DNA of 22,904 bases from Candidatus Hermodarchaeota archaeon. Lineage in GTDB: Archaea > Asgardarchaeota > Lokiarchaeia > Sigyniarchaeales > SOKP01. The DNA lies in contig JBHLLO010000045.1 of assembly GCA_048885535.1 (NCBI GenBank), positions 1 to 22,904 on the forward strand, written 5' to 3'. The notes below the pieces were generated by a model that saw nothing but the letters and a program-made list of their open reading frames with translations, was not told the DNA's origin and made no database searches. Shown one piece after another: positions 15,578-22,904 of this stretch (position 1 is the stretch's first letter; each line of letters starts with the position of its first letter). A program made the position numbers and the translations under genes.

Positions 15578-16767
15578 TTTAAAGCCTCCGCTACACACTC
15601 CTCAATTGTGCCAATTCTTACTTTAAATTTGTTTTTAGCTCTACCATAATAACAGGCCTTAGCAGAATCAACCATAATTCCTTTAAAACGCCCTTTGATA
15701 GGAGCAACAACACAACATGTATCTGCAGCAAATTTCGCTCCCGAACTTTCTATTACTTTCGAATATCCAGCCTTATCAGCAATGTTTTTAGTAGGTCGAG
15801 CAGTTGTTATCCAAAATTCTTTATTTACTTTCTTTCCTTCTAATAACCTTGCTATTAATGCAAGTTCATGGATTGAAGCATGAGGACACCCAATACTTAT
15901 GAAATCTATTTCAAGATCTTCATCAATAAGTTCCTTACGAGTCCTATCAAGATCCTCACCTGATATCTGAAAGGAAATCTCTTTCGGTTTAGGATATTTA
16001 TTATACTCGGGTGTTATTCCTTCCATATGAAACAATGCTGTTCCGCCATAAGTAGCAACTGAAGCACAAAATGCTTTGAGCTCTTCGACAGTTGCAGATG
16101 TTATACCCGCGATGTAAGGTATTTTTTGACCAACCTTTACCAATTTATCTCCAATAATTTTTCCTAACACTCCAAATTCATCAGTACCATTTATAGGTGA
16201 ATTAATATTGAATAGTACTTGACCATAACGGTTTTCGCCTATATGATAACCATAGTTTGGTGTTTTACCTGTTAAAGCAGCAGCCAAAGCACTTGGTCCA
16301 CCCTCACGATTCGTCCTAGCCCCTATAACTGAATTAGCATAACAAACAGCGCTACTTTCGGCCCATGCTATATGTTGTCCATAATGGGGAGTATTTCCAA
16401 TTAGATAAGGAGTACAAGAACATGTTGTGATAATTCCCATTTTAGCAAATGCGTCTATAGCACGATTTTGATTCTTAGCAAAATCCTCATCTATTCCTAA
16501 TGTTTCCCAATTTTCTATATCCATGCCCGCAGGATTTAAAGTTGTTAAAACTTTGACTTTCCCATCCTCAGCCATTTCATTGAGAAATTCTAATCCTGCT
16601 TCACCTAAATTGTCGTAGGAAACTCCAGCTATCTGAACACTATACACATCAATCATGTTTTCAGCATTAAAAATTTCTCCTAAGATTGTTAGTATTTCCA
16701 TAGATTTTTGAGCTGCTCTGCCGTAATTTCCATCCAACATGTCTTTTTCTTCAGGTTCCAAAAGCAT
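15574..16767 (-). CDS. Phosphomevalonate dehydratase large subunit (aconitase X catalytic domain, DUF521)
   Basis: AGVSY, TTLNPAG, TCSCTPY, AWAESSAV..ANSVIGARTNREGGP, IGCPHAS and DTCCVVAP. The likely start is ATG 16767 after a GTGA element; the track uses GTG 16776. Confidence 0.88.
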   Translation of the reverse strand: MLLEPEEKDMLDGNYGRAAQKSMEILTILGEIFNAENMIDVYSVQIAGVSYDNLGEAGLEFLNEMAEDGKVKVLTTLNPAGMDIENWETLGIDEDFAKNQNRAIDAFAKMGIITTCSCTPYLIGNTPHYGQHIAWAESSAVCYANSVIGARTNREGGPSALAAALTGKTPNYGYHIGENRYGQVLFNINSPINGTDEFGVLGKIIGDKLVKVGQKIPYIAGITSATVEELKAFCASVATYGGTALFHMEGITPEYNKYPKPKEISFQISGEDLDRTRKELIDEDLEIDFISIGCPHASIHELALIARLLEGKKVNKEFWITTARPTKNIADKAGYSKVIESSGAKFAADTCCVVAPIKGRFKGIMVDSAKACYYGRAKNKFKVRIGTIEECVAEALK

Positions 16768-16776
16768 TTTTATCAC

Positions 16777-18096
16777 TTAAACCGAATTAAAATATTTTTT
16801 TAAATTAACCTTAGGAAAGTATGCTTTATTGAAATCTTTCCCTTTAGTTAGTAATGGTTTAGTTAAGTCAAATCCAATTTTAGTTGTTAATTTTGTTCCA
16901 GGTTCAGCACTAGGGTCTAAACTACTTCCTGGTTCTTTATCTTTAATTATCATCCCTCTGTCTCCTTGAAAGCGAGTTGCCATTGCCCATTCTACTGATA
17001 ATGGATCATAAATATCAATATCTTCATCAACTACAAATACATGTTTACAACTACTGTGACCTGCAAAAGCACCTTGAATTGCCTTTTTACCATCATCTTC
17101 CGATTGTTTATTAATTTTCACAATTGCATGAAGCCATGAACATCCTCCTGGATTTATGTTTACATCCAAACATTTTACTCCTATATCATTTACCTTATTA
17201 AAAATAGTAGGCTCACGAGGCATTCCCATTAAAACCTTATGTTCTAATGCACCTGGCAATAATGCTTGCCAAATTGCATCTTTTCTATGGGTTATTTTCT
17301 TAACTTCAAAAATAGGTTCTTCTCTAACTACATCATATGTTTCTGTTAGGTCTACAAACGGTCCTTCACTGTGTTTCTCCTCCAAGTAGACTCTTCCTTC
17401 TAAAATGAATTCTGCTTCTGCAGGAACTAGCAAATCAACAGTTTTTGCCTTAACAACTTCAATTGGCTCTAAAGCGTTTGCAATTGTTAATTCATCAACA
17501 CCAAGGTCAACAGAAGTAGCTCCAGCAATGAGTATATTAGGAGGATTCCCGATACAAAATGCAACGTCTAATTCACCGTTCTTTTCTAAAAATTTATCAA
17601 AGTGTCGTCCCTTCACAACTCTAGTTGCAAATTTTTCCTTAGAAAACTGCATTGCTCTATGAAAATCCAAGTTTTGTCCATAGTCAGGATCTCTAGTAAC
17701 CACTACAGCTGAACTTATATAATTTCCTCCATCATTTTCACAGTGGAATAAAATTGGAATTTTATCCAAATCTACGCTCGATTCAACTATTTCTTGACAT
17801 GGAGCCGCTGAGATAACCTTAGGCTCTTTACTATTTAAAATCGCTTTGGAAAGCTTAGGTATTAATTCCGCAGGAGTGATATCAAAATATGAGGCAATTG
17901 AATTTTTAGTACAAAACATATTACCAACTACTCGGAAATTAGAATGCTTCACATGGTTAAAAAGTATAGGTGTTGGTTCTAATACTTTTAAAATACCTGA
18001 AATTTCTAACTTCTTTGAGACTTCTGTATCAACCTTCTTAAGAATACCCTTCTCATCAATTTTATTCAAATAGTCTCTAAATCCCACATTTGACAC
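16777..18096 (-). CDS. UbiD-family decarboxylase, probable anhydromevalonate phosphate decarboxylase
   Basis: DGGNYISS, FHR, VPAEAEFILEG, EGPF, VVDEDIDI...VEWAMATRFQ, GSSLDPS. It lies in an operon with the dehydratase subunits and HMGR. Confidence 0.88.
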   Translation of the reverse strand: MSNVGFRDYLNKIDEKGILKKVDTEVSKKLEISGILKVLEPTPILFNHVKHSNFRVVGNMFCTKNSIASYFDITPAELIPKLSKAILNSKEPKVISAAPCQEIVESSVDLDKIPILFHCENDGGNYISSAVVVTRDPDYGQNLDFHRAMQFSKEKFATRVVKGRHFDKFLEKNGELDVAFCIGNPPNILIAGATSVDLGVDELTIANALEPIEVVKAKTVDLLVPAEAEFILEGRVYLEEKHSEGPFVDLTETYDVVREEPIFEVKKITHRKDAIWQALLPGALEHKVLMGMPREPTIFNKVNDIGVKCLDVNINPGGCSWLHAIVKINKQSEDDGKKAIQGAFAGHSSCKHVFVVDEDIDIYDPLSVEWAMATRFQGDRGMIIKDKEPGSSLDPSAEPGTKLTTKIGFDLTKPLLTKGKDFNKAYFPKVNLKKYFNSV

Positions 18097-18169
18097 CTTT
18101 TAATAAATCTTTCAATAATAAAAAATAAATGAAGTAACTAAAGGATTTTATGAACCACTTTTTAAAAAA

Positions 18170-19450
18170 CTAAAGGTTTTTTTGGCTCATTATATCATTC
18201 AATATTTTTTTCGCGTAATCAACCCTAATTTTTTTATCTTTAATTAATTTTTGTGCTACTTGCTCCAAAAGATGATCTGGTACTCCAGCTAGCTTAGCAA
18301 TGTTTCGAGAGTGAAGTGCCATGTGTCCCTTCTGAATACCTTCTGTTGCTAGAGCTCTTAAAGCGGCTACATTTTGAGCTAATCCTACCGCAGCAGCTAC
18401 TTGACATAATTCTTCAGCACTTTTTATCCCTAAAATCTTTAGATTTAACTGTGCCATAGGATGAATTTTAGTCATTCCACCTATAATTCCCAATGCTAAA
18501 GGTATTTCAATCTCCCCAATTAAATTTCCATTTGAATCTACATCAAACATTGTTAAAGGAGTATATTTTCCTTTTAGTGAAGCATAAGCATGAGCTCCAG
18601 ATTCAATAGCTCGTGTATCATTTCCAGTTGCTAAGGTTAGGGCAGCTATTCCATTCATAATTCCCTTATTATGGGTTGTGGCACGATAAGGATCAGCAAG
18701 AGCAAATTCGTATGCGTTTAATATTCCTTCAACAACCTTTTCTCCACCTAGTAAGTCCTTATCAAAGGTAGCTTTACATTTTGCTATTCTATGAGTAGCT
18801 AAATTTGAAACTATTCGTAAATAAATCAAACCGCCACATAATTCCTCAATGTAAGGTGAAATAGCTTCCGCCATAGTATTAACAATATTTGCACCCATTG
18901 CATCCAAAACATTAACCAATAAATGCATGATTAACATTTCACCTTTCTTGGTTTTGATTTCTCTAAGTTCAAAATCATATGCCCCTCCGCCAAGATTTAC
19001 TAAAAATGGATCTTGATCATTAGCAATTCTTAGCAAATCCAATTTATTTTCTATTAATATATTTCTAGCACTCTCAATATCTTCAACATTTGTTATTTGA
19101 ATTTGAGAAATCATAAATGAGTCTACTTTTTCTGAAAAGAAACCACCATGCTTTCGAGCTATTCTTGCTGCATTTGACGCAGCAGCAACCACAGAAGGTT
19201 CTTCTATTACCATAGGAATTAAATAATCTTTATTATTTATTTTAAAATTACAAGCAATACCAATCGGTAATTGATAAGAACCTACTACATTTTCAATTAA
19301 TGTATCAATTTGAGTCTCCTTTAGATATCCTAAATTTTTTAATAGTTTGATATCTTCATCATTAAGATGAACAAGTTCAGAGAGTATTTTCTGTCGTTCT
19401 TTTAGCGATAATTTATAAAATCCTGGGAGATCTGAATGAAATTCACTCAT
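18170..19450 (-). CDS. mvaA: HMG-CoA reductase, class II (bacterial-type)
   Basis: IENVVG, PMVIEEPSVVAAAS, DAMGAN, SNL, RATTHNKGIMNG, GNDTRAIE and GIQKGHMALH. Confidence 0.93.
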   Translation of the reverse strand: MSEFHSDLPGFYKLSLKERQKILSELVHLNDEDIKLLKNLGYLKETQIDTLIENVVGSYQLPIGIACNFKINNKDYLIPMVIEEPSVVAAASNAARIARKHGGFFSEKVDSFMISQIQITNVEDIESARNILIENKLDLLRIANDQDPFLVNLGGGAYDFELREIKTKKGEMLIMHLLVNVLDAMGANIVNTMAEAISPYIEELCGGLIYLRIVSNLATHRIAKCKATFDKDLLGGEKVVEGILNAYEFALADPYRATTHNKGIMNGIAALTLATGNDTRAIESGAHAYASLKGKYTPLTMFDVDSNGNLIGEIEIPLALGIIGGMTKIHPMAQLNLKILGIKSAEELCQVAAAVGLAQNVAALRALATEGIQKGHMALHSRNIAKLAGVPDHLLEQVAQKLIKDKKIRVDYAKKILNDIMSQKNL

Positions 19451-19600
19451 TTTATTACCACCAATTTATTTTTACATTAAGAAATTACATTTTAACTAAC
19501 ATTAATTTATTGGATATATTTACTAAAAATAATTATTAAATACTTATCATTATTAATATGAAATATTTCTTAAAATAAAATCTAAATCTCGTGATTAACA

Positions 19601-20164
19601 TTGATTCTTATAGCAATTACTGGTGCGACAGGAATCTCGATTGCTATTGAATTATTAAAGGTTTTAAGAGAACAAAAAGTCTCAACAGAGTTAATTATAT
19701 CAAAAGCAGCAGAATTAGTATTAAATAATGAAACAGAATTAAATTTATCAGAAATATATAATTTGGCTACTCAAGTGTATGATATTGACGATTTAGAAGC
19801 ACCTCCTGCGAGTGGGTCCCATAAGTTAGATGCTATGATCGTTGTACCTTGCACTATGAAGACTTTAGCATCTATTGCTCATGGATATGCTGATAACTTA
19901 ATCACTAGAGCTGCTGATGTTGCAATAAAAGAACAGAGAAAACTGGTTTTAGTAGTAAGAGAAAGCCCTTTGAGCGCAATCCACCTTGAGAATATGCTCA
20001 AACTCGCAAAACTGGGAGTAGTTATAGCACCTCCAGTTCCTTCCTATTATATCAAACCTAAAAATGTTCATCAACTAGTTAATCATATTGTAGGAAGATT
20101 ATTAGATCAACTGGATTTTGATATAGGGATAAAAAGGTGGAAAGATGAACAAATGGAAAGTTGA
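19601..20164 (+). CDS. ubiX: Flavin prenyltransferase UbiX
   Basis: IAITGATG, PASGS, VPCTMKTLASIAHG.ADNLITRAADV..KEQR.LVLVVRESPLSAIHLENM. TTG start after a GTGA element. Confidence 0.93.
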   Translation: MILIAITGATGISIAIELLKVLREQKVSTELIISKAAELVLNNETELNLSEIYNLATQVYDIDDLEAPPASGSHKLDAMIVVPCTMKTLASIAHGYADNLITRAADVAIKEQRKLVLVVRESPLSAIHLENMLKLAKLGVVIAPPVPSYYIKPKNVHQLVNHIVGRLLDQLDFDIGIKRWKDEQMES

Positions 20165-20471
20165 TTTAGATTCGTTAAAAATGGGAGATGGATTAATCCT
20201 TACATTAAAAGGAGGAGATGCCCCTCATATTGGAGCGGTTGCATTAGCAATTCCTTACAAACAAACTTCAAGTGCGAGTTTACTTAGTGTATATGGTCAT
20301 AAAGATGGTGAAATTGCGAAACCAATTGCAGAAAGGATCGCTAAAAAATTAAAAAAAACTGTTGTAGTCATTGTAGGTATCCATCTTGATAATGCGACAG
20401 AGGAGGATATAAAAAAGTTTATAGATAATTCTAATACTGAAGTTGATAAATTTTTAAAAAAATTTTCCTGA
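20145..20471 (+). CDS. lpdD: LpdD-like prenylated-flavin chaperone
   Basis: GG..PHIGAVALA, GHKD..IA, VVVIVGIHLDNAT..I pattern of the LpdD family. It overlaps the 3' end of ubiX. Confidence 0.72.
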   Translation: MNKWKVDLDSLKMGDGLILTLKGGDAPHIGAVALAIPYKQTSSASLLSVYGHKDGEIAKPIAERIAKKLKKTVVVIVGIHLDNATEEDIKKFIDNSNTEVDKFLKKFS

Positions 20472-20573
20472 TTTAAGCAATTATACTAATTTAAAAGGAT
20501 TTTTAGACAGTTTATGGAGCTGCTTGCTATTTTTTACTCTTCTGTCGTTTTGACTTAAGGACGTCAAGGTAAG

Positions 20574-20581
20574 TTTATATA
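20574..20581 (+). promoter_or_regulatory. Putative TATA box for a leaderless transcript
   Basis: TTTATATA preceded by purines and ending about 25 nt before ATG 20607, which matches archaeal leaderless spacing. Confidence 0.45.
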
Positions 20582-20606
20582 GATTAAAAATTATAATTTA
20601 ATTATT

Positions 20607-21362
20607 ATGCCTATGGAGGATAATTGGGGGACAATCTCATTTTTAATCTTCTATTTAGCGTTCATATGGATCTTTCTGGCTCTAGCGATAATTAAAGGTT
20701 TAAGGAGCCATACTCTTAATCAAAAATCGAGTGTTTGGAAATGGACTTTCTTATCTTACTTTTTCTTGGCTTTTGGCGATGTGTTTCACCTTGGTTTCAG
20801 AATTTTTCTATTCTTAGCAGAAGTACCACTTGAGAGTGAATTATTCAAACTTCTTTTAGGTATAGGCTATGTAGTTACAGGCGTTACTATGACCTACTTT
20901 TATATTGCACTTCTTCATGCATGGTCTAAATTATATGGTGAGAAGTATTCGAGCCCATCTAAAATCAAACTTTATTTAGGTATTTCATATGTAGCTTTCA
21001 TTATTAGAATTATATTAATACTACTTCCTTATAATCATTGGTTTGATTATATTCCACCATTAGATTTTGGATTTGATTTTCGAATCATTACATCAATACC
21101 TCTTTATGTAATTGGTTTTATTACTGTTGGATTGTTATTTAAAGATTCAAAAGCAGAGAAAAATGAATTTACAGGGATTAATATAAATATAAATAAAGCA
21201 AATTATATGGCTTCCATTTGGTTCATTGTATCTTTTGCATGTTATTCTATAACATTATTTGGAGTTGTATATATTTCTTTACTTGGATTATTTATGATAC
21301 CAAAAACAGTCGCGTACTTAGTAGCATTATATTATCATTACAAGTATCTCTTAAAATTCTGA
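20607..21362 (+). CDS. Multi-pass membrane protein (about 7 TM), function unknown
   Basis: Repeated hydrophobic segments, with conserved-looking polar intramembrane motifs LAFGDVFHLGFR and FMIPKT. Confidence 0.8.
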   Translation: MPMEDNWGTISFLIFYLAFIWIFLALAIIKGLRSHTLNQKSSVWKWTFLSYFFLAFGDVFHLGFRIFLFLAEVPLESELFKLLLGIGYVVTGVTMTYFYIALLHAWSKLYGEKYSSPSKIKLYLGISYVAFIIRIILILLPYNHWFDYIPPLDFGFDFRIITSIPLYVIGFITVGLLFKDSKAEKNEFTGINININKANYMASIWFIVSFACYSITLFGVVYISLLGLFMIPKTVAYLVALYYHYKYLLKF

Positions 21363-21372
21363 TTTTTTTTTT
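21363..21372 (+). terminator. Oligo-T archaeal terminator candidate
   Basis: T10 run immediately after the stop codon at 21362. Confidence 0.45.
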
Positions 21373-21470
21373 ATATAGTCAAAAATTGCAAACTTTTATT
21401 TATACATAAGTCAATTAATATTATTATTTTAGATAAAATTTTAAAATAATCGAATTCCAGAAAATTTAGA

Positions 21471-22151
21471 GTGATATTATTGAGTTTAACTGATCCGATA
21501 CCAGATTATGAAAGTATCTTGATAATTTTATTACCATTTAACATTGCAGTAGCTTTGATTATTGGTGTTTTTTATTTTTGGCGACGTAGGAAAACAAAAG
21601 CAACAATCACACTACTTTGGGCACTTGGTTTTACGGGAGTAGGGAGTGGGATACTAATAAATTATTTGATTAGATATACGTTTTATTCCTATTTTAGTAC
21701 AATTTTACCTGCAACATGGGATTACTCCTTATTTAATACCATTGGAATGATGATAATAACCTTTTCATTAGCACTTAGCACTTTTTATGTGAAGCTGTTT
21801 AAGGAATCAGCCGAAAAAGCTGGAAGAATTATCTTAAGTCTTATAAGTATCTTAGGTTTAATTATATTAGTAATTAATTCTTTCATTCCCTTTGATGAAT
21901 ATAGAATTGGGCATTGGATAACAAGAATATTAGCAATTTGGGTCATAATCTTCTTTACTTATTTTAGTATTAATTCCAAGAATTATCGAATTTTGACAAT
22001 TACAATTGGTTTAATTTTAGCTACTACGAGTGGTATTTTAATGACCCAGTTTTATGGTACTATGCTAGGACTTATAGGAAATATTTTACAATTCATCTTC
22101 TACGTTTTTATTGCCTATGGGTTGTTTTTTACTAGGCAAAAAGCTAGTTAA
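21471..22151 (+). CDS. Multi-pass membrane protein (about 7 TM), function unknown
   Basis: Hydrophobic helices separated by short basic loops (WRRRKTK). GTG start. Confidence 0.78.
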   Translation: MILLSLTDPIPDYESILIILLPFNIAVALIIGVFYFWRRRKTKATITLLWALGFTGVGSGILINYLIRYTFYSYFSTILPATWDYSLFNTIGMMIITFSLALSTFYVKLFKESAEKAGRIILSLISILGLIILVINSFIPFDEYRIGHWITRILAIWVIIFFTYFSINSKNYRILTITIGLILATTSGILMTQFYGTMLGLIGNILQFIFYVFIAYGLFFTRQKAS

Positions 22152-22170
22152 ATATTAAATCTCAAAATAA

Positions 22171-22180
22171 TTTTTTTTTT
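22171..22180 (+). terminator. Oligo-T archaeal terminator candidate
   Basis: T10 run 20 nt after the stop at 22151, between convergent genes. Confidence 0.4.
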
Positions 22181-22238
22181 GCTTATAATACTATCTTGAA
22201 AAAACAGTTAGGAATATTAAGAAATAAAGTACTTGAAT

Positions 22239-22904
22239 TTAATAGATTTTTTCTACAGGAAGGTAAATAGGAGCCCAATTTAATAATCCTAGTGCTTCAG
22301 CATTTTTGTTAGCATTGTTTTCAATGCGTCTTATCTCATATTCTAATATATTTCCTTGTGCAACCGTTCCCGTGATTCTAACCAAGCCTTTGCTCAAATA
22401 ACTTAAATCATTACTGTCATTTAGAACTATGGGTTCTGAATCTAAAATAGCAAACAAAGGAAAAAATCTTTCATGAAATCCAGAATGACCTTTAGGACAA
22501 TGATTCAATCCTTCAATATTAGGAATAATACATCCCTCATCACAGAAATGAAGTTTAAATCCACGATGATTATTCTCTTCATGCTCAACTATTTTTCCTA
22601 ATACAATATTCTCCTTAAACTTTCCTTCCTTTATTAATTCGTATTCTTGCACACTTCTTCTTTCTTTAATTGTAATGAAATCATTAATTTGCGGGGGTTT
22701 TTCAACAATACTTTTGAATCCAGGTTGTACTCTTAATAAGCCAGAAATACATGTAGCTCCTGAACCATATGAACCAAAATAGATTGTATCATGAGCGTGT
22801 CCATAATTCTCAAGAATATAGAGGATTTGAGCCCATACTGCTGCGTTGTACATATTCCCAAAGTGCGATGGGACTCTCAATTGTGGAAGAACCTTGTATT
22901 TTAC
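22239..22904 (-). CDS. HMG-CoA synthase C-terminal part with a DUF35-like C-terminal extension; 5'-truncated by the window edge
   Basis: The frame is open to 22904 (VKYKVLPQLRVPSHFGNMYNAAV...FGSYGSGA). GNxY and SYGSG are HMGS/thiolase-fold motifs, and the mevalonate cluster context fits. Confidence 0.8.
   Translation of the reverse strand, partial: VKYKVLPQLRVPSHFGNMYNAAVWAQILYILENYGHAHDTIYFGSYGSGATCISGLLRVQPGFKSIVEKPPQINDFITIKERRSVQEYELIKEGKFKENIVLGKIVEHEENNHRGFKLHFCDEGCIIPNIEGLNHCPKGHSGFHERFFPLFAILDSEPIVLNDSNDLSYLSKGLVRITGTVAQGNILEYEIRRIENNANKNAEALGLLNWAPIYLPVEKIY

Noticed and set aside
872-21409. Short nested ORFs in the track (872-1123, 2420-2671, 3360-3719, 6138-6320, 6687-6896, 7040-7231, 9408-9605, 11573-11809, 15695-15883, 17156-17389, 17405-17662, 17846-18073, 21218-21409)
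   Set aside because: All overlap well-supported genes, antisense or out of frame, and show no recognisable motifs.
1-22904. tRNA/rRNA genes, CRISPR arrays, transposases or IS ends
   Set aside because: By eye I found no cloverleaf, no regularly spaced repeats and no transposase or integrase motifs. Intergenic spacers are short and AT-rich.

Overview
AT-rich archaeal chromosomal window, most likely from an Asgard archaeon (Lokiarchaeia-like). This is inferred from a roadblock/LC7-Rab-like GTPase fusion, GGTGA-type ribosome-binding sites and the archaeal mevalonate route. The left part holds two DNA methyltransferases, a tandem pair of unannotated paralogous microproteins, the GTPase fusion, a phosphodiesterase-family enzyme, a GH38 alpha-mannosidase and an HD hydrolase. 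The right part is a near-complete 'modified' (Aeropyrum-type) mevalonate/isoprenoid cluster: prenyl diphosphate synthase, IPK-IDI2 fusion, mevalonate kinase, two-subunit phosphomevalonate dehydratase, UbiD-type decarboxylase, class II HMG-CoA reductase, UbiX, LpdD-like chaperone and the 3' end of HMG-CoA synthase. Main discovery: two unrelated protein-coding genes (GH38 mannosidase and mevalonate kinase) each carry a 30-31 nt insertion in a highly conserved N-terminal motif. Each insertion folds into a bulge-helix-bulge (BHB) motif, and the canonical cut sites restore the motif and reading frame exactly. These are candidate tRNA-type (EndA/RtcB-spliced) mRNA micro-introns in ordinary metabolic genes. 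Splicing is predicted from sequence only and has not been shown.
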